A stretch of 64,000 bases of DNA from an uncultured Nitrospiraceae bacterium (GCA_963727775.1 CAVSHB010000004.1:192001-256000), one strand, 5' to 3'; numbered from the stretch's first letter, positions 28,852 to 40,954 are shown. Translations and numbers: made by a program. The notes: generated by a model from the sequence alone, not told the origin.

Positions 28852-30692
28852 CTATTAATGACAAATTTCAATTAGCTATTGAGTACTATCAAGAAGGAAA
28901 ATTAAAACAAGCCGAAAATATCCTTGGTGAAATAGTAAATCTTGAACCTGAAAATGCCGCTGCTCTACATTTTCTTGGAATAATACATTATTACTTTAGA
29001 AACTATGATTCCGCTGAAAAATATATTGAAAAGTCATTGTATTTGAAGCCAAATGAGGCTATTGCATATTTTAATCTCGCAAATACTTTCAGGGATGAGA
29101 AAAAAATTGATGAAGCGATAACTAACTATAAAAAAGCACTCGAAATCAATCCAAATCTCAGTGATGCATACTATAATTTAGCTATTATTTTTGAAGGAAA
29201 AGGTCAAATTGATGAAGCTGTAACCTGCTATGGGAAAGCTATACAAATTGCCCCTAACGACGCCGCTTCATACAATAATCTTGGAGTTGTTCTTCAGAAG
29301 AAGGGTCAAATCGATGATGCTATAGCTTGTTTTGAAAAAGCACTTCGAATTAAGCCAGATAATGCTAAAACCTATAATAATCTGGGAATTGCCCTTCATG
29401 AGAGAAAACAATTTGATGAAGCAATAACCAACTATAAGAGAGCTATCCAGCTTGACCCGAACCTTTCCGACGCACATAACAACCTCGGGAATTCGCTAAA
29501 AGAAAAAGGATTATTTGATGAAGCGGTGACTTGTTACACAAAGGCCTTACAAATGACTCCTGATCGTGCAGATGTCTATTATAACTTAGGCATCGTTCTT
29601 AAAGAAAAAGGTTCCGTTGATGAAGCTATTGATAACTATATGAAAGCCATACAGTTTTACCCGGGTTATATTGACGCATATAACAATTTAGGAATTGCTT
29701 TCAAAGAAAATGGGCAACTTGATAAAGCCATCAATTGTTTTAAAGATGCCCTGCAGATTAATTCAAATGATGTCGTTACACACTGGAACTTGTCTCTCGT
29801 TTTGTTGTTGTCCGGCAATTTCAAAGAAGGTTGGAAGGAGTATGAATGGCGGCTGAAAGTAAAAGATTTTTATCATCCTGATTTTTGTTGTCCCATTTCG
29901 AACGAATCTGATATGGAAGGTCGTACTATTTTACTCCATGCCGAACAAGGCTTTGGAGACACCATTCAATTCATCCGTTATGCTCCTTTGGTTGCACAAC
30001 GTGGAGCAGAAGTTATCGTTCGCTGTCAAAAAGAATTGGCGTCATTATTACAAGGGGTTAAAGGCATAGCTATGGTTATAGATTATGATAAACAACTTCC
30101 TGACTTCGACTTCTACTGTCCATTGCTTAGTCTCCCTTTGTTTTTCGGTACAACTCTTGAGAATGTTCCTGGGGAAACACCATATATTAACGCTGATCGA
30201 ATTTTAGTTCAGAAATGGAAAAACAGAATTAAGGATGCCGACCCTAAACTGAAAGTTGGGTTAGTGTGGGCTGGTAGAGAGCAGCGTTCCTTTTCACTTG
30301 AGTTTTTTTTACCGCTTTTAGAGATTGGAAATATTTGTTTTTACAGCCTGCAAAAAGGGGAAGCTGCAAAACAGGCAAAAAATTCTCCTTATGATTTGAA
30401 ACTTATCGATTATACAGAAGAATTAAATGACTTTTCTGATACCGCCGCATTACTTGATAATCTTGATCTAATTATCAGTATCGATACGGCGGTTGCCCAT
30501 TTAGCTGGCGCACTCGGAAAATCCGTTTGGACGTTATTGCCCTTTGCTCCTGACTGGAGGTGGATGTTAAACAGAGGATATAGTCCTTGGTACGCAACTA
30601 TGAGACTTTTTCGTCAACCGTCAAATGGAGATTGGAAATCAGTAATATCCAAGATTATAGTTGAACTTCAAAATAGATTATTGAATGGATAG
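28848..30692 (+). CDS. TPR protein with C-terminal GT-B (GT9-like) glycosyltransferase domain
   Basis: TPR array, then GWKEYEWR, AEQGFGDTIQFIRY, LKVGLVWAG, DLIISIDTAVAHLAGALGK, DWRW. Confidence 0.88.
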   Translation: MTINDKFQLAIEYYQEGKLKQAENILGEIVNLEPENAAALHFLGIIHYYFRNYDSAEKYIEKSLYLKPNEAIAYFNLANTFRDEKKIDEAITNYKKALEINPNLSDAYYNLAIIFEGKGQIDEAVTCYGKAIQIAPNDAASYNNLGVVLQKKGQIDDAIACFEKALRIKPDNAKTYNNLGIALHERKQFDEAITNYKRAIQLDPNLSDAHNNLGNSLKEKGLFDEAVTCYTKALQMTPDRADVYYNLGIVLKEKGSVDEAIDNYMKAIQFYPGYIDAYNNLGIAFKENGQLDKAINCFKDALQINSNDVVTHWNLSLVLLLSGNFKEGWKEYEWRLKVKDFYHPDFCCPISNESDMEGRTILLHAEQGFGDTIQFIRYAPLVAQRGAEVIVRCQKELASLLQGVKGIAMVIDYDKQLPDFDFYCPLLSLPLFFGTTLENVPGETPYINADRILVQKWKNRIKDADPKLKVGLVWAGREQRSFSLEFFLPLLEIGNICFYSLQKGEAAKQAKNSPYDLKLIDYTEELNDFSDTAALLDNLDLIISIDTAVAHLAGALGKSVWTLLPFAPDWRWMLNRGYSPWYATMRLFRQPSNGDWKSVISKIIVELQNRLLNG

Positions 30693-31384
30693 TAGGACAC
30701 TTAAGATTCCATATTTCAAACAATATCCCCATGTTTGTGAACTCAATGATCAATAATGAATATATTAACAATACATTTCAGACGGCTCTTGGATATTATC
30801 AAGCAGGGAATTTATTAAAGGCCGAATCTTCCTGCAGAGAAATATTAGAAATTCAACCAGGCAATGCTGATATCTTGCATTTTCTCGGAATTATCTATTA
30901 TCAACTTGGGAATAATGATTCTGCCATAGCACATATTAAAAAAGCACTAATTCTCAATCCAGCTATTCCGGATGCTTATTATAATCTTGGAGTTATTTTT
31001 CATGATAAAAAACAGCTTGATGAAGCAATAACCTATTATCAGAAATCTCTTGATCTTAATCCAAACCATGTTGATGCATACTGCAATTTAGGAGTTGCAC
31101 TGAGCACATTTGATAGAATAGATGAAGCGTTAACCGTATTTGATAAAGCTCTTCAACTCAATCCGGCCCACCTTTTATCCTTGTGGGCACGGTGCATGTC
31201 ACAACTGTTTATCATTTATCCAGACCAAAAGAGCATCCATATCTCTCGTCACCGCTATCAGGATGATCTTATAAAAATAAAAGAACTCATATCTCTCGGG
31301 ATATCGTCGAAAGATCTCGAAACTTTGGTTGATGCAATCAGTAAACTGGCACCTTTCTATCTGGCGTATCAAGGTTTCAATGAT

Positions 31385-32767
31385 GATAGCGTAAGATCAA
31401 TTCTGCAAATATGAATCAGGGTATAATTCTCAATGGAAAAAGCAATCTCTCAAAGAGAGAAAGGAGAATTATACCCATGAGAAGAATTTTATCAAAGAAG
31501 GCGAAAAAAGTCATTGAGGATGGAGTGCAGGAGTTTATGGCGATGCCCCCGTTAGCGGAGTTGACGAGGATCGGAGCGAGGATGATGTTAGAGTCGGCGA
31601 TGGAAGAAGAAGTGACGGCATATCTTCAGAGAGACTATTATGAGAGGAATGCCTGCGCTAAAGGAAGCCGGAGTGGATCGAAGCCCAGAACCGTGAAGAT
31701 CGGTAGCGGTGATATAGGGCTAAAGATGCCGCAGGTAAGGAATGCCGGTGGCCCATTTCATTCCCGGATATTGCCGCCACGGATGACCCAGATGGATGAA
31801 ATACAGGAAATCATCCCTCTTTTGTATATGAACGGCCTGTCCAGCAGGAAGGTAAAGAAAGCTGTGGGTAAACTCATAGGCAAGAAAGGCCTGAGCCATC
31901 AGAATGTCATAAGGATCAGCGGCAGGATCGTCGATGAGTTCAATGCATGGAAGAAGCGGGACTTATCGATGCTGCAGGTGGTGTATCTTGTTCTGGACGG
32001 CGTACGGATGGGAGTAAGGGCCGGGACCAAGGAGAAAGAGGCGGTGCTGGTGGCCTGGGCGTTTCTGGAGGACGGCAGCCGGGAGCTCGTGGGCGTGTCC
32101 CTTGGCAACAGTGAATCGTACAATGCGTGGAAAGGTTTTCTGGAGGATCTCACGAAACGGGGCATAAGTGAACCAATGCTCACGGTTATCGATGGCTGTC
32201 CCGGCCTTATCAAGGCGGTGGATGAAGTCTTCCCTGAATCAGACAAACAGCGCTGCACGAAGCACAGGACTGAAAACGTGCTGGATAAAGTACTGGAACA
32301 GGACAAGGCATCAGTAAAAGAGTCAGTAAGGAAGGTGTTTTACGCCTCGACCTATGAGCACGCAAAGGAGGCCGTGGAAATGTTCAAGAAGAAGTGGCGC
32401 ATGAAATATCCTTCGGCAGTGGAATGCCTGACTGAAAATATAGAAGACTGTCTGACCTATTACAAATATCCTTACCAGCACTGGCTTAGAATTCGGACGA
32501 CCAATATAGTGGAGAGGAGCTTCAAGGAGGTGAAGCGAAGGGTAAAGGTAGCAGGCCGGTTTCAGAAGGAGGAGCGTGCGCTCACCATGGTTTACTGGCA
32601 GCTCCACGAACTTAGATGGAACGGTGTAAGCATGACCAAGGAGGCAAAGGCAATCCTTACGAGGATCCGGGCATCAAGGATGCAAAGGGTTGCGGCATAA
32701 TCGTATCAATGAAAACCCTTGAGAATAAAGCCCTGAAGAGAATTTACAGAAAAGACTTGACACTGTC
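31385..32767 (+). mobile_element. IS256-family insertion sequence, copy 1 (1383 bp)
   Basis: Imperfect IRs GATAGCGTAAGATCAATTCTGCAAAT / ATTTACAGAAAAGACTTGACACTGTC; 8-bp TSD TCAATGAT (31377-31384, 32768-32775). Confidence 0.95.
31411..32700 (+). CDS. IS256/Mutator-type transposase
   Basis: YMNGLSSR, VLDG, VIDGCPGL, QRCTKH, RTTNIVERSFKEVKRR. Confidence 0.93.
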   Translation: MNQGIILNGKSNLSKRERRIIPMRRILSKKAKKVIEDGVQEFMAMPPLAELTRIGARMMLESAMEEEVTAYLQRDYYERNACAKGSRSGSKPRTVKIGSGDIGLKMPQVRNAGGPFHSRILPPRMTQMDEIQEIIPLLYMNGLSSRKVKKAVGKLIGKKGLSHQNVIRISGRIVDEFNAWKKRDLSMLQVVYLVLDGVRMGVRAGTKEKEAVLVAWAFLEDGSRELVGVSLGNSESYNAWKGFLEDLTKRGISEPMLTVIDGCPGLIKAVDEVFPESDKQRCTKHRTENVLDKVLEQDKASVKESVRKVFYASTYEHAKEAVEMFKKKWRMKYPSAVECLTENIEDCLTYYKYPYQHWLRIRTTNIVERSFKEVKRRVKVAGRFQKEERALTMVYWQLHELRWNGVSMTKEAKAILTRIRASRMQRVAA

Positions 32768-34031
32768 TCAATGATAGAGAATTACAAAAGGTCTATGGGG
32801 AAATTGTATGTAGAATTATGTCAATGAGATACCCACAATGGATTAATCCACTACACATGCCCTCGCACTCTTCTGGAAAGTCATTACGGGTTGGGATAGT
32901 GTCTGGCTTCTTTTATGATCATTCTAACTGGAAGATCCCAATTAAGGGTTGGGTAGAAAACATTGACGATCGAAAGATTAGTCTCTATGGATACTATACT
33001 GGGAAAGAAAAAGATAATGAGACCGAAGTTGCTAAGAAGTATTTCAAGCACTTTATGACGAGTGTGCATTCTTTTGAGGATTTTTGCCGCATAATTTTAG
33101 AGGATAATCTTCATGTATTGATATATCCGGAAATTGGGATGGATTCAACGACACTTAAACTTGCATCATTAAGACTTGCGCCTGTCCAGTGCGCTTCATG
33201 GGGTCATCCGCAAACTACAGGGCTTCCTACTATTGATTATTATATCAGTAGTGATTTAATGGAACCACCTAATTCTGAGAATCATTATACCGAACAATTA
33301 ATTCGTCTACCCAATCTATCTATCTGCTATACTCCACTGAAAATTCCTGATGTGAATGTCAGTCGTAACGGGTTTGGTATGCGGCCAAAATCAGTGATTT
33401 ATCTTTGCTGCCAATCATTGTTTAAATACTTACCACAATATGATGAAATATATCCTCGCATCGCACAGCAAGTCGGGGATTGCCAGTTTCTGTTTATTTC
33501 CAACCGAAACAATCTGGTTACAGAAACCTTTCGTTCGCGCATTAGCCGAGTGTTTAGCCGGTTTAATCTTGTAGCTGAAGACTACATAGTATTTTTGCCC
33601 CAACTGGATCCAAGACAGTATAACGCTATTAATTGTCTCTCGGATATCTACCTCGACAGCATTGCTTGGTCAGGGTGCAATACTACGTTTGAAGCAATTG
33701 CATGCAATCTGCCCGTTATAACTCTCTCTGGTGAATTAATGCGTGGCAGACATACAGCAGCTATCCTTAGCATGATGGGCATGATAGAAAATATTGCTTC
33801 ATCTGTTGCTGAATATATTACAGTAGCAGTCCGCCTTGGGAAAAATTTAGAATGGCGAAAGCAGGCATCAGACAAAATTGCAAAAAACAAACATTTGGTT
33901 TATCGAGACAAAGCTTGTATTGCCGCCCTTGAGAACTTTCTTGAGAAAGTGGTCAGTGATAGACTCAAATAGAATCACAAATGAGCATATTTCTACTGAT
34001 AAACAACAAGAAAATGTTCAATAATATATAA

Positions 34032-36158
34032 ATGGATATTAATGCAAAACTTCAATTAGCTCTTGAACATTATCAATCTGGAACTTTACAGCAAGCAGAA
34101 CATATTTGCAGAAAGATTTTAAAAAAACACCCAAACAATGTTGATGCCCTTCACTTTCTGGGTGTAATATGTTACCAACGTGGATATTATGATCTTGCCA
34201 TAAAGAGTATCAAGAAGGCTTTAGAAATAGACCCGAACTTTGCGGATGCATATAACAATCTAGGAAACATTTTTCAGGAGAAAAAAGAACTTAATGAAGC
34301 CATATCTTGTTACCGAAAAGCTCTAAACATTAATCCAACGCTTGCTAAAACTCATTATAATTTGGGGATTGCTCTCCAAGATACAGAAAAAATAGATGAG
34401 GCTATAATTTGTTATCAAAATGCTTTGGAACTAAATTTAAATATTTTTGGATTATATAACAATCTCGGATTTGCTTTAGAGAAGAAGGGTAAATTAGACG
34501 AAGCTATCACTTGTTATCAGAAAGCTCTAAAGCTTAACCCAGATTTCTCCGATGCATATAATAATCTTGGAAATGCACTTAAAGAAAAAGGACAACTTGA
34601 CGAAGCTATTGATAACTATCAAAAAGCGATAGACCTTAAGCCAGATTTTACTAACGCATATGTTAATCTTGGAAATGCTCTAAAAGAACAGTGCAAAGAA
34701 GATGAAGCTATTGTGGTATATGATAGAGCCCTCCTGGTTGCCCCTAATAATTTTATGGCACGGCTTGCAAAGTGTTTCTCGCAGATTCCGATAATTTATC
34801 CAGTCCCGGGAAATATAAAAATCTGCCGTAATCGCTACTACGAAGAACTCACAAAATTAAGAGATGCAATTTCATTCGAAGAACCACAATATATCCAAGC
34901 AGCAGCTGAAGCAGTTGGAAGTCATCAACCTTTCTATTTAGCATACCAGGGGTTTAATGATCGCGAGTTACAACATATTTACGGTGCCTTGGTATGTCGA
35001 ATTATGTCTTTGCGTTATCCCGAGTTTGCTGACCGTCCTGGCATGCCTCGGCATTTGTCCGGTGAACCTTTGCGTGTTGGTTTTGTTTCTGGTTTTTTTA
35101 ATCTGCATTCCAATTGGAAAATCCCAATTAAAGGTTGGATCGAGAACATAAACAAACAACGGTTCAGGCTTTATGGCTACTACACGGGAAAAAAGAAAGA
35201 TATAGCGACTGAAGATGCTAGGAAATCTTTTGCCTGTTTTGTTGAGGACGTGCAGTCCTTCGAAGAATTGTGCAAGACCATCAGGGAAGATAATCTTCAT
35301 ATATTGATTTATCCTGAAGTCGGTATGGACCCAATGACTGTAAGGCTTGCCTCTCTTAGACTGGCTACGATTCAATGTACTTCATGGGGGCATCCTGATA
35401 CCTCAGGTCTTCCAAGTATCGACTACTTTCTTAGCAGCGATCTCATGGAACCCTCCGGTGCTGAAGAGCATTACACTGAAAAGCTTATTCGCTTACCCAA
35501 CTTGTCCATCTATTACACTCCGTTAGATTTCCCCCTTGCCACTGTTAATCGTGAAACCTTAGGTTTGCGCCAAAAGTCTATTCTTTATCTTTGCTGTCAG
35601 TCACTATTCAAGTATCTGCCCCAGTATGATGAGATATATCCGCGCATTGCAAAAGAAATCAAAGATTGTCAGTTCTTGTTTATTTCTAATAAAAGCAGCT
35701 GTGCTACTGAACAATTCAGATTGCGTATCAATAAATCGTTTGAAGACTTTGGTCTGAAAGCCGATGATCATGTTGTCTTTCTGCCGCGACTTGATGATAG
35801 TAGATATGGTGCAATTAACTATCTTTCTGATGTCTACCTTGACAGCATAGGTTGGTCAGGATGCAACTCCACTTTCGAGGCTATAGCTCATAATTTACCA
35901 ATATTGACTCTCCCTGGTGAATTAATGCGTGGACGGCACAGTGCAGCGATTCTGACTATGATGAATATACAGGAGACAATTGCTTCTTCAATCGATGAAT
36001 ATGTTGAGATCGCTGTACGTTTGGGAGCGGATTCAGTGTGGAGGAAACAGATATCAGATAAAATTGCACGGAGCAAAGGGTGCGTATATCAAGATAAAAC
36101 GTGCATTACGGCTCTTGAGGCCTTTCTTGAAAAGGTGGCGGAAGAAGGGATAGGATAG
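34032..36158 (+). CDS. TPR-GT41 glycosyltransferase, paralog C
   Basis: Same architecture and motifs as 26722..28851. Confidence 0.9.
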   Translation: MDINAKLQLALEHYQSGTLQQAEHICRKILKKHPNNVDALHFLGVICYQRGYYDLAIKSIKKALEIDPNFADAYNNLGNIFQEKKELNEAISCYRKALNINPTLAKTHYNLGIALQDTEKIDEAIICYQNALELNLNIFGLYNNLGFALEKKGKLDEAITCYQKALKLNPDFSDAYNNLGNALKEKGQLDEAIDNYQKAIDLKPDFTNAYVNLGNALKEQCKEDEAIVVYDRALLVAPNNFMARLAKCFSQIPIIYPVPGNIKICRNRYYEELTKLRDAISFEEPQYIQAAAEAVGSHQPFYLAYQGFNDRELQHIYGALVCRIMSLRYPEFADRPGMPRHLSGEPLRVGFVSGFFNLHSNWKIPIKGWIENINKQRFRLYGYYTGKKKDIATEDARKSFACFVEDVQSFEELCKTIREDNLHILIYPEVGMDPMTVRLASLRLATIQCTSWGHPDTSGLPSIDYFLSSDLMEPSGAEEHYTEKLIRLPNLSIYYTPLDFPLATVNRETLGLRQKSILYLCCQSLFKYLPQYDEIYPRIAKEIKDCQFLFISNKSSCATEQFRLRINKSFEDFGLKADDHVVFLPRLDDSRYGAINYLSDVYLDSIGWSGCNSTFEAIAHNLPILTLPGELMRGRHSAAILTMMNIQETIASSIDEYVEIAVRLGADSVWRKQISDKIARSKGCVYQDKTCITALEAFLEKVAEEGIG

Positions 36159-36239
36159 ATAATTAAGTTCATCCGTTCGGAAAGTTATCGCTTGTTTATT
36201 CCATGGCAATTTTACACGAGCTTGATGTAGCCTCATGTT

Positions 36240-37064
36240 CTACTTTTTTGAGTCAGTTATTATTAATTGACCATTTCGCGATTCCACAATATATACGCCT
36301 TCTTTAGAAAAGATTTCCGACATTTGCTTATAAGCCTGAATAATCTGCTCATACATCTCTAAGCGACTTATAAACACATCAGGATGGACAATTGAAAGTG
36401 GCGTGAAGCTATCTATATATCTTAAAAAGGCCGAGGTTTTAGTAGCAACTTCGCGACGAATAAACAATAAAATATTTTGACGGAGCCACCAATGAATATT
36501 CTTATCATCCCAAATTTGACTTCTAATAAAATCCAATGGGATAAAATCAAACTTAGCAAACAAATCAGCCCAATAGGACGGAAATTGTTCATTCATATGA
36601 TTATGTCCGCCTTGGTACGGAATAGCTGCCGAAAACAAAACAATATCCCCGTGGCATACTAAAGATGCAATAAATGTGCTGGCGACAGTTGGCGATAGGT
36701 GTTCAGCAACCTCAAGGGAAATTACAAGGTCAAATGAGCGGTGAAGATTAAAAGGATGTTCAAGGTCCTGAACGGTAAAATATTCTGGTTCAATACGAAG
36801 TTGCTTTGGGTTTATCCAAGGACCCTCAATACCATAAACATTTACAACGCCAAGTTCCCTTGCCACAGCCAACCAGGTACCAATACCACAGCCAACATCA
36901 AGAATGGAAATAGGCTTGTAAAGTTTGAATAGTAAATGAAATATTTTTTCAGCAGAAATGCGGTTCTGCTGCTCTTCAGATTCGAGTTGAACACTGTGTA
37001 AATCATGGTATATCGCTTCACGTTTATCTGGGTCGTCGGTCGGATTAATGGGGGATAATGTCAT
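36240..37064 (-). CDS. Class I SAM-dependent methyltransferase
   Basis: ILDVGCGIGTWL, FDLVISLEVAEHL, FSAAIPYQGGHNHMNEQ. Confidence 0.88.
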   Translation of the reverse strand: MTLSPINPTDDPDKREAIYHDLHSVQLESEEQQNRISAEKIFHLLFKLYKPISILDVGCGIGTWLAVARELGVVNVYGIEGPWINPKQLRIEPEYFTVQDLEHPFNLHRSFDLVISLEVAEHLSPTVASTFIASLVCHGDIVLFSAAIPYQGGHNHMNEQFPSYWADLFAKFDFIPLDFIRSQIWDDKNIHWWLRQNILLFIRREVATKTSAFLRYIDSFTPLSIVHPDVFISRLEMYEQIIQAYKQMSEIFSKEGVYIVESRNGQLIITDSKK

Positions 37065-38004
37065 ATTTAATTATAGACAATAACTACAAAAATATCCTGT
37101 GACTTCAAAATATTTTACCGGTTTAATGTGCGTATTACTCTGGGGTGTAATATTTATCAGCACAATAAGCCTTTATCTGTATAACACTGCTTCCTTGTAG
37201 TCATCAAGCGCTAATTTTTTAATAATATTGTATATTATACTTATAATTAATCGGATAAAAAGATTGACAATGAATCTCGAGGAGACAATAAAATTAGCTT
37301 TTGAACATTATCAAGCAGGAGATTTTTTACAAGCAGAATTAGCATGTAAAAAAATATTGGAAATTCAGTCAGATAATGGTCAAATCCTTCACCTTTTAGG
37401 TTTAATATATTATGAGCGTGGAAACTATGATTTGGCTATGGATTATTTAACAGATGCACTTGTTTCTATGCCGAAAAATGAAGATTTATATTATGATATT
37501 GGCAATGTTTTTCAAGAAAAAAACCAACTTGATGAAGCTTTAACCTATTATCAAAAAGTGCTACAGTTAAATCCTGTCTATATTAACGCATACAACAACA
37601 TTGGGATTATTTATCATGACAAAGGGCAACTTGACGAAGCTATAGCTACCTATCAAAAAGCTTTGCGGATAGATGGGAATAACGATATTGTTAATAACAA
37701 TATAGGACTTGTTTTTCAGGAAAAAGGACAACTTGATGAAGCTATAATGTACTATGAAAGAGCAATAAAAAAAAATCCTTATTATGCTGTTGCTTATTAT
37801 AATATAGGTATTATCTTTTTTAGGAAAAAACAATTCGATAAAGCTCTACATTCTTTTATAAAAGTTATACAAATTGATCCCACTTTTACTGATGTATATT
37901 TTAATCTTGGTGATGTATATTTTAATCTTAGCAAGCTTGATGATGCTGTAAAATGTTATAAAAAAACAATCTCCAATAATTCAGATTACATCCCGGCCTA
38001 TCTT

Positions 38005-39387
38005 GATAGCGTAAGATCAATTCTGCAAATATGAATCAGGGTATAATTCTCAATGGAAAAAGCAATCTCTCAAAGAGAGAAAGGAGAATTATACCCATGA
38101 GAAGAATTTTATCAAAGAAGGCGAAAAAAGTCATTGAGGATGGAGTGCAGGAGTTTATGGCGATGCCCCCGTTAGCGGAGTTGACGAGGATCGGAGCGAG
38201 GATGATGTTAGAGTCGGCGATGGAAGAAGAAGTGACGGCATATCTTCAGAGAGACTATTATGAGAGGAATGCCTGCGCTAAAGGAAGCCGGAGTGGATCG
38301 AAGCCCAGAACCGTGAAGATCGGTAGCGGTGATATAGGGCTAAAGATGCCGCAGGTAAGGAATGCCGGTGGCCCATTTCATTCCCGGATATTGCCGCCAC
38401 GGATGACCCAGATGGATGAAATACAGGAAATCATCCCTCTTTTGTATATGAACGGCCTGTCCAGCAGGAAGGTAAAGAAAGCTGTGGGTAAACTCATAGG
38501 CAAGAAAGGCCTGAGCCATCAGAATGTCATAAGGATCAGCGGCAGGATCGTCGATGAGTTCAATGCATGGAAGAAGCGGGACTTATCGATGCTGCAGGTG
38601 GTGTATCTTGTTCTGGACGGCGTACGGATGGGAGTAAGGGCCGGGACCAAGGAGAAAGAGGCGGTGCTGGTGGCCTGGGCGTTTCTGGAGGACGGCAGCC
38701 GGGAGCTCGTGGGCGTGTCCCTTGGCAACAGTGAATCGTACAATGCGTGGAAAGGTTTTCTGGAGGATCTCACGAAACGGGGCATAAGTGAACCAATGCT
38801 CACGGTTATCGATGGCTGTCCCGGCCTTATCAAGGCGGTGGATGAAGTCTTCCCTGAATCAGACAAACAGCGCTGCACGAAGCACAGGACTGAAAACGTG
38901 CTGGATAAAGTACTGGAACAGGACAAGGCATCAGTAAAAGAGTCAGTAAGGAAGGTGTTTTACGCCTCGACCTATGAGCACGCAAAGGAGGCCGTGGAAA
39001 TGTTCAAGAAGAAGTGGCGCATGAAATATCCTTCGGCAGTGGAATGCCTGACTGAAAATATAGAAGACTGTCTGACCTATTACAAATATCCTTACCAGCA
39101 CTGGCTTAGAATTCGGACGACCAATATAGTGGAGAGGAGCTTCAAGGAGGTGAAGCGAAGGGTAAAGGTAGCAGGCCGGTTTCAGAAGGAGGAGCGTGCG
39201 CTCACCATGGTTTACTGGCAGCTCCACGAACTTAGATGGAACGGTGTAAGCATGACCAAGGAGGCAAAGGCAATCCTTACGAGGATCCGGGCATCAAGGA
39301 TGCAAAGGGTTGCGGCATAATCGTATCAATGAAAACCCTTGAGAATAAAGCCCTGAAGAGAATTTACAGAAAAGACTTGACACTGTC
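38005..39387 (+). mobile_element. IS256-family insertion sequence, copy 2
   Basis: Same ends and protein as copy 1; 8-bp TSD CCTATCTT (37997-38004, 39388-39395). Confidence 0.95.
38031..39320 (+). CDS. IS256/Mutator-type transposase
   Basis: Identical translation to 31411..32700. Confidence 0.93.
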   Translation: MNQGIILNGKSNLSKRERRIIPMRRILSKKAKKVIEDGVQEFMAMPPLAELTRIGARMMLESAMEEEVTAYLQRDYYERNACAKGSRSGSKPRTVKIGSGDIGLKMPQVRNAGGPFHSRILPPRMTQMDEIQEIIPLLYMNGLSSRKVKKAVGKLIGKKGLSHQNVIRISGRIVDEFNAWKKRDLSMLQVVYLVLDGVRMGVRAGTKEKEAVLVAWAFLEDGSRELVGVSLGNSESYNAWKGFLEDLTKRGISEPMLTVIDGCPGLIKAVDEVFPESDKQRCTKHRTENVLDKVLEQDKASVKESVRKVFYASTYEHAKEAVEMFKKKWRMKYPSAVECLTENIEDCLTYYKYPYQHWLRIRTTNIVERSFKEVKRRVKVAGRFQKEERALTMVYWQLHELRWNGVSMTKEAKAILTRIRASRMQRVAA

Positions 39388-40954
39388 CCTATCTTCGATT
39401 AGGGTTGATTTTAAGTTATCAAGGGAGAAACGATGAAGCAATAAATATTTACGACCAAGTTTTGAAAATAAGGCCCAATTTTTTTAAAGCATACTATTTG
39501 CGATGCATGTCTCAACTTCCAGCCATTTATCCTGATCAATCGAGCATTCAGATTTCACGTATCAGATATCTTGAAGAACTTAATACACTACATAAGATTC
39601 TTTCTTTAGAAACCGAGCAGGATATTGAAGAAGCATCTCAAGCTATTGGCACTCAGCAACCTTTCTTTTTAGCATACCAAGGGTTAAATGATCGTGATCT
39701 GCAGCAACTATATGGTGATTTAGTTTCTAGAATTATGAAAACAAGATTTCCTCAATGGGCTTATCGACCCAATATGCCTCCAGTTTCGTCTGAAGGGCTT
39801 TTAAGGGTTGGCATAGTATCAGCCTTTTTTTGGGATCATTCCAATTGGAAGATTCCAATCAAAGGATGGGTTAAGAATTTAAATAAAAAGCATTTTGAAT
39901 TATATGGATATTATACGGGCAAATGCAAAGATAAGGAAACAGAGGACGCGAGACATTGTTTTACTCACTTTTATGAGGATATAGACTCTTTTGAAAATCT
40001 TTGCCAGATTATTTACGAGAATAATCTTCATGTTCTTATTTATCCTGAAATAGGAATGGACCCAATAACAGTAAGGCTTGCATCTTTAAGACTATCACCT
40101 GTGCAATGTACATCATGGGGACATCCTAATACATCAGGTCTCCCGACTATTGATTATTTTCTTAGCAGTGATCTGATGGAGCCCCCTTATGCTGAGCATC
40201 ATTATACTGAACAACTGGTCCGTTTACCCAATCTTTCAATATGCTACACTCCAACAGATGTTATTCCAGATGAAACAAATCGAGAAAAACTTGGACTACG
40301 TCCAAATTCGATCCTTTATCTTTGCTGTCAAGCACTTTATAAATATTTACCTCAATATGATGATATATATCCGCGTATCGCCCAACAGATTGAAGATTGT
40401 CAATTCCTTTTTATTTCCTGCCATCTCAGCAATTGGGTGACCGAGAAATTTCGTTTGAGGCTCGAAAAAGTATTCAAAATGTATAATCTCAACGCCGATG
40501 ATTATATAGTATTTCTCCCACGTCTTGATCAGGAACAATATTATGCTGTCAATCGTCTTTCTGATATATACCTGGACAGTATTGGCTGGTCAGGATGTAA
40601 CACCACCTTGGAAGCTATTGCCCATAATTTACCAATCCTGACTCTGCCCGGTAAATTAATGCGCGGAAGGCATAGCTCAGCAATTCTTAAAATGATGGGG
40701 ATATCAGATACCGTTGCCTCTGAACTTGATGAATATGTTGAAAAGGCAGTCCGTTTGGGTCTGGATAAAGAATGGCGCAAACAGATATCTGAAAAAGTTG
40801 CTGCAAAGAAGCATCTTGTTTATCGAGATAAAACCTGTATTACTGCCCTTGAGGATTTTCTTGTTGCAGTAGTACAAGAAAAGCTCAATTAAGTTATCAA
40901 TGATCTTTAACAAAAAATATCTTCCATTTTGTTGCATATTTGATCTGTTAATAT

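Larger units (their letters stand above)
30731..33972 (+). pseudogene. TPR-GT41 glycosyltransferase, paralog B, interrupted by IS256
   Basis: Removing the IS and one TSD copy restores ...YQGFND|RELQKVYGEIVCRIMSMRYP in frame with 32818..33972. Confidence 0.9.
37270..40892 (+). pseudogene. TPR-GT41 glycosyltransferase, paralog D, interrupted by IS256
   Basis: Removing the IS and one TSD copy restores ...DYIPAYL|RLGLILSYQG in frame with 39405..40892. Confidence 0.9.

Noticed and set aside
31385..39387. Composite transposon of the two IS256 copies
   Set aside because: Each copy has its own 8-bp TSD.
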